Of a stretch of 64,000 nt of DNA, positions 61,072 through 64,000 are shown one piece after another (within the stretch, counting starts at the first letter, position 1; every line of letters starts with the position of its first letter). A model generated the notes under the pieces. That model did no database searches, was not told the DNA's origin, and was given only the letters and a program-made list of their open reading frames with translations. A program made the translations under genes and the position numbers. Source of the stretch: Myxococcota bacterium (GTDB lineage Bacteria > Myxococcota_A > SURF-8); NCBI GenBank assembly GCA_963674735.2, contig CAXXQS010000001.1, positions 1,504,001 through 1,568,000 on the forward strand, given 5' to 3'.

Positions 61072-61984
61072 GTTCCCGCTCCTGGTAGGCAACCTTGTCC
61101 TTGGCTGCCACGATCATGGTCCCGCAGCCTTCGCCGCTGAACACTTCCTTCAATAGCGTATCGGGTTCCAACCCGCTGATGATGTGAGTCCGTTTGACGC
61201 CTTGTGCCACGGCCCGCAGACAGGCTTCGACCTTGGGTCGCATACCCGCAGCAATCGCACCGGTCGCCAGCAGTCCTTCCAGATCCTGAGCCTCGGCAAA
61301 CGGAATCAGGGTGCTGTCGTCGTTTTTGTCTCGCAAAACGCCTTTGGCGGTGGTGGCGAAGATCAATTTCTTCGCCTGAAGCGCCTTGGCCAATGATTCG
61401 GCGACCGTATCGGCATTGATGTTGTAGATTTCGCCGTCGCCGTTGCCGCCCAGACTAGCGATCACCGGCACGTACTCCGCCGCCAACAGACTCTCCAACA
61501 AGCCGGGATTGACTCCCATGATGTCGCCCACGTGCCCGAAATCCACCAAACTGGTCTGGCCGTCATCGTCGCGCATGGAGACCGGCGGCCGCTTGTTGAC
61601 ACTCAACAGGCCGCCATCGATACCGGTGAGACCGACCGCGCGCACGTCGTGACGGATCAAGGTGGAAACCAGATCCACGTTCAGCTTACCGGCATAGACC
61701 TGTTTGACGATGTCGAGGGTGTCGTCGTCGGTCACGCGCCGCCCGGCCACGATTTTCGGTTCGTGGCCCAGTTTGCGCGACATCTCGCTGGCCTGCGGTC
61801 CGCCGCCGTGAACGATCACGACCTGAATGCCGACATCGCAAAACAGGCCGATTTGTTGGGCCAAGGCGTCGATGCATTCGGGACGCGCCAGAACCCCGCC
61901 CCCGATTTTGATGATGAAGGTCTTTTTCTTGTACAGCCGCAAGTACGGCAACGCTTCTTTGATTCCAACTACAGCGGGCTTCAT
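61064..61984 (-). CDS. argB: Acetylglutamate kinase
   Basis: IKIGG, VHGGGPQ, GRRVTD, NINAD, GMRPK. Confidence 0.94.
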   Translation of the reverse strand: MKPAVVGIKEALPYLRLYKKKTFIIKIGGGVLARPECIDALAQQIGLFCDVGIQVVIVHGGGPQASEMSRKLGHEPKIVAGRRVTDDDTLDIVKQVYAGKLNVDLVSTLIRHDVRAVGLTGIDGGLLSVNKRPPVSMRDDDGQTSLVDFGHVGDIMGVNPGLLESLLAAEYVPVIASLGGNGDGEIYNINADTVAESLAKALQAKKLIFATTAKGVLRDKNDDSTLIPFAEAQDLEGLLATGAIAAGMRPKVEACLRAVAQGVKRTHIISGLEPDTLLKEVFSGEGCGTMIVAAKDKVAYQERELV

Positions 61985-61988
61985 GTTG

Positions 61989-63146
61989 CTACTCCATCAC
62001 GTTGGTTAAGGCCGCGACAAAGTCGGCGGCCTGCTGGTCGGTCAGACAGTAAGGCGGCAAGAGCCGCAGGATAGCCGGATTCTGGGCTCCACCTGTGAGA
62101 ATGTGATGCTTCTCGATCAACTCGGTAATCGGTCCGGCGGCCGGCCGATCGAGTTCGAGCCCCAGCAGAAAGCCGCGCCCGTGAATGGTTTGAACGCCGG
62201 GGACGCCTGCCAGTTTGTCGATCAGCCAGGCGCTGATGCGGCGCACGTTACCCATGTATTCACCATCCGCCAGGACTTCCAGCACCGCCAGCCCGGCGGC
62301 CGATGCCAGCGGATTGCCGCCGAAGGTCGAGCCCAGTTTGCCCTTGGTGGCCACGGCGGCCACGTGGTCATCGGCGACGACCGCGCCACAGGGAACGCCG
62401 CCCGCGATGCCTTTGGCCATGCTGATGATATTCGGGTTGATGCCGTAAGTTTCGGCAGCCGAATACGCGCCGGTGCGTCCGACGCCGCATTGCACCTCGT
62501 CGAAAATCAAAATCGCGCCGACTTCGTCGCAGCGATCTTTCATGGCTTGAAGGAACTCGGTCGTCATGGCGTATCCGCCCGCCAGGCCCTGCACCGGTTC
62601 GACGATCACCGCCGCGCAGTCGCCATCGACCAGTTTTTCGACGGCCGCAACGTCGTTACGCGGCAAAACGCGCGTGTCCGGCAACAGCGGTCCGGCGTTG
62701 TCCAAAGCCAGGTTGCGATAGCCTTCGAGCCCCGCCACGGCCAGCGTCCACAAGGTTCGGCCATGGAAGCCGCCCTCCACGCTCACCACCGCGCGACGGC
62801 CCGTCACCATACGCGCCAAGGTCAGCGCGATATCGTTGGCTTCCGCGCCGCTGTTGCACAGAAACACGGAATCGAGCCCTGCGGGCAGCGCCTTGACCAG
62901 CGCCGAACAAAAGGCATCGCGCATGGGACTGCCGACGATGTTGGAATAGAACAACAAGTCGTCACACTGCCGCTTGATCGCCTCCACCAGCTTGGGGTGG
63001 TTGTGACCGAGCACCGTCACGGCATGACCGCCGTACATGTCCAGATACTCCACGCCCTGCTCGTCGAAGACGCTGGCATAGCGCCCTTTGACCAGGTTGA
63101 GGGGCAACAGCGGATAAACCGGCATATGCGGAGGGGGAATCAACAT
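61989..63146 (-). CDS. argD: Acetylornithine aminotransferase
   Basis: NSGAEAN, FHGRT, DEVQCGVGRTG, MAKG, GSTFGGNP. Confidence 0.9.
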   Translation of the reverse strand: MLIPPPHMPVYPLLPLNLVKGRYASVFDEQGVEYLDMYGGHAVTVLGHNHPKLVEAIKRQCDDLLFYSNIVGSPMRDAFCSALVKALPAGLDSVFLCNSGAEANDIALTLARMVTGRRAVVSVEGGFHGRTLWTLAVAGLEGYRNLALDNAGPLLPDTRVLPRNDVAAVEKLVDGDCAAVIVEPVQGLAGGYAMTTEFLQAMKDRCDEVGAILIFDEVQCGVGRTGAYSAAETYGINPNIISMAKGIAGGVPCGAVVADDHVAAVATKGKLGSTFGGNPLASAAGLAVLEVLADGEYMGNVRRISAWLIDKLAGVPGVQTIHGRGFLLGLELDRPAAGPITELIEKHHILTGGAQNPAILRLLPPYCLTDQQAADFVAALTNVME

Positions 63147-64000
63147 GGAAATGCTCCCGGGTATTCGAGGCCGGCCGTTTCCGGCAGCCCCAGCATGAGG
63201 TTCATGTTCTGTACGGCCTGTCCGGCCGCGCCTTTGACCAGGTTATCGAGCACCGCCGTGACGACGAGTTCGTCGTTTTTCTGCAGGGCGGTCAGATGAA
63301 CGAAGTTCGTGCCGTTGACCGCCGCGAGTTGGGGCGGAGTGTCGTCGACGAGCACGAAGGGACAGTCATCACCGTAGGCGTCGCGATACAAGGCCGCCAG
63401 ATCGAGTTCGGCGAAACGCGCGTCTTTCGCGTACAGGGTGGCGTGAATGCCGCGCACGAAGGGCCCTGAATGCGTGAGCAGGCGCAAGGTCGCGCCGTCG
63501 TTTCCGAAGCGCCGCGCCAGTTGCAGGATTTCGGATTCGTGCCGATGCGCCAACAGGCTGTAGGCGAAGTAATTACCGTCCCGGAAGGGATGATGCGTGG
63601 TCGCCTTGGGCTTGTTTCCCGAGCCGGTCGAACCGGTGACGGCCGTCACCGCCGCGTGATCCGGCAGCAGTTTCGCTTGGGCCAACGGCAGCAGCGTCAG
63701 TTGTGCGGCGGTGGCGAAACAGCCCGGATTGGCGACATGCCGCGCCGCGCAGATTTCGGGTTTGAAGGCTTCGGGCAATCCGTAAACAAAGTGCGGCTGC
63801 AAATCGAAGTCGGCGTGTTCGCCGTAGACCGCCTGATACAAGTCGAGATCGCGAATGCGGTAATCGGCGGCCAGATCGATGATCCGGGCGCGTTTGTCGA
63901 GTGAATCGGCCTTAATGTGTTTCTGACTCATACCGTGGGGCAGCGCCAGAAAGAGCACGTCGACGGCCTCGACCCACTGCGCCACATCGCCCGACTCGAA
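63140..64000 (-). CDS. argC: N-acetyl-gamma-glutamyl-phosphate reductase (5' end outside the window)
   Basis: LALPHG, YGLPE, ANPGCFAT, DNLVKGAAGQAVQNMN. Confidence 0.95.
   Translation of the reverse strand, partial: FESGDVAQWVEAVDVLFLALPHGMSQKHIKADSLDKRARIIDLAADYRIRDLDLYQAVYGEHADFDLQPHFVYGLPEAFKPEICAARHVANPGCFATAAQLTLLPLAQAKLLPDHAAVTAVTGSTGSGNKPKATTHHPFRDGNYFAYSLLAHRHESEILQLARRFGNDGATLRLLTHSGPFVRGIHATLYAKDARFAELDLAALYRDAYGDDCPFVLVDDTPPQLAAVNGTNFVHLTALQKNDELVVTAVLDNLVKGAAGQAVQNMNLMLGLPETAGLEYPGAFPC

Overview
A 64-kb bacterial chromosomal segment, moderately GC-rich. The gene content points to a Myxococcota-like or deltaproteobacterial organism (inferred from an MXAN_5187-type protein, a double-FHA protein, a Cys-rich IgGFc lipoprotein and a FlhG plus J-like/HTH pair). 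From left to right it contains: (1) a MerR-headed acyl-CoA catabolic operon with thiolase, hbd, crt, three acyl-CoA dehydrogenases, an isobutyryl-CoA-type B12 mutase, two Cys-less thiolase-fold proteins and two DUF35 proteins; (2) a minus-strand operon of exported proteins: a 1665-aa OB-fold/lamin-tail/CBM lipoprotein, a 5'-nucleotidase, an OB-fold lipoprotein and a probable beta-barrel, which together look like a surface nucleic-acid scavenging system; (3) a ClpX paralog, RNase P RNA, a methylmalonyl-CoA mutase with its epimerase, a Cys-to-Ser FabH, an aminopeptidase, degenerate MshEN and GGDEF proteins, pfkB-mtnP, an AddA-like helicase-nuclease, rlpA and frameshifted prfB; (4) an orphan class III cyclase and surface or regulatory genes; (5) a 2.2-kb ECF sigma / small membrane protein / signal peptidase islet bracketed by a diverged duplicate of the argH 3' end; (6) the argC-D-B-E-G-H operon, which runs off the right edge. 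I found no CRISPR array, tRNA, rRNA, transposase or integrase. All calls come from motif recognition by eye, without database searches.
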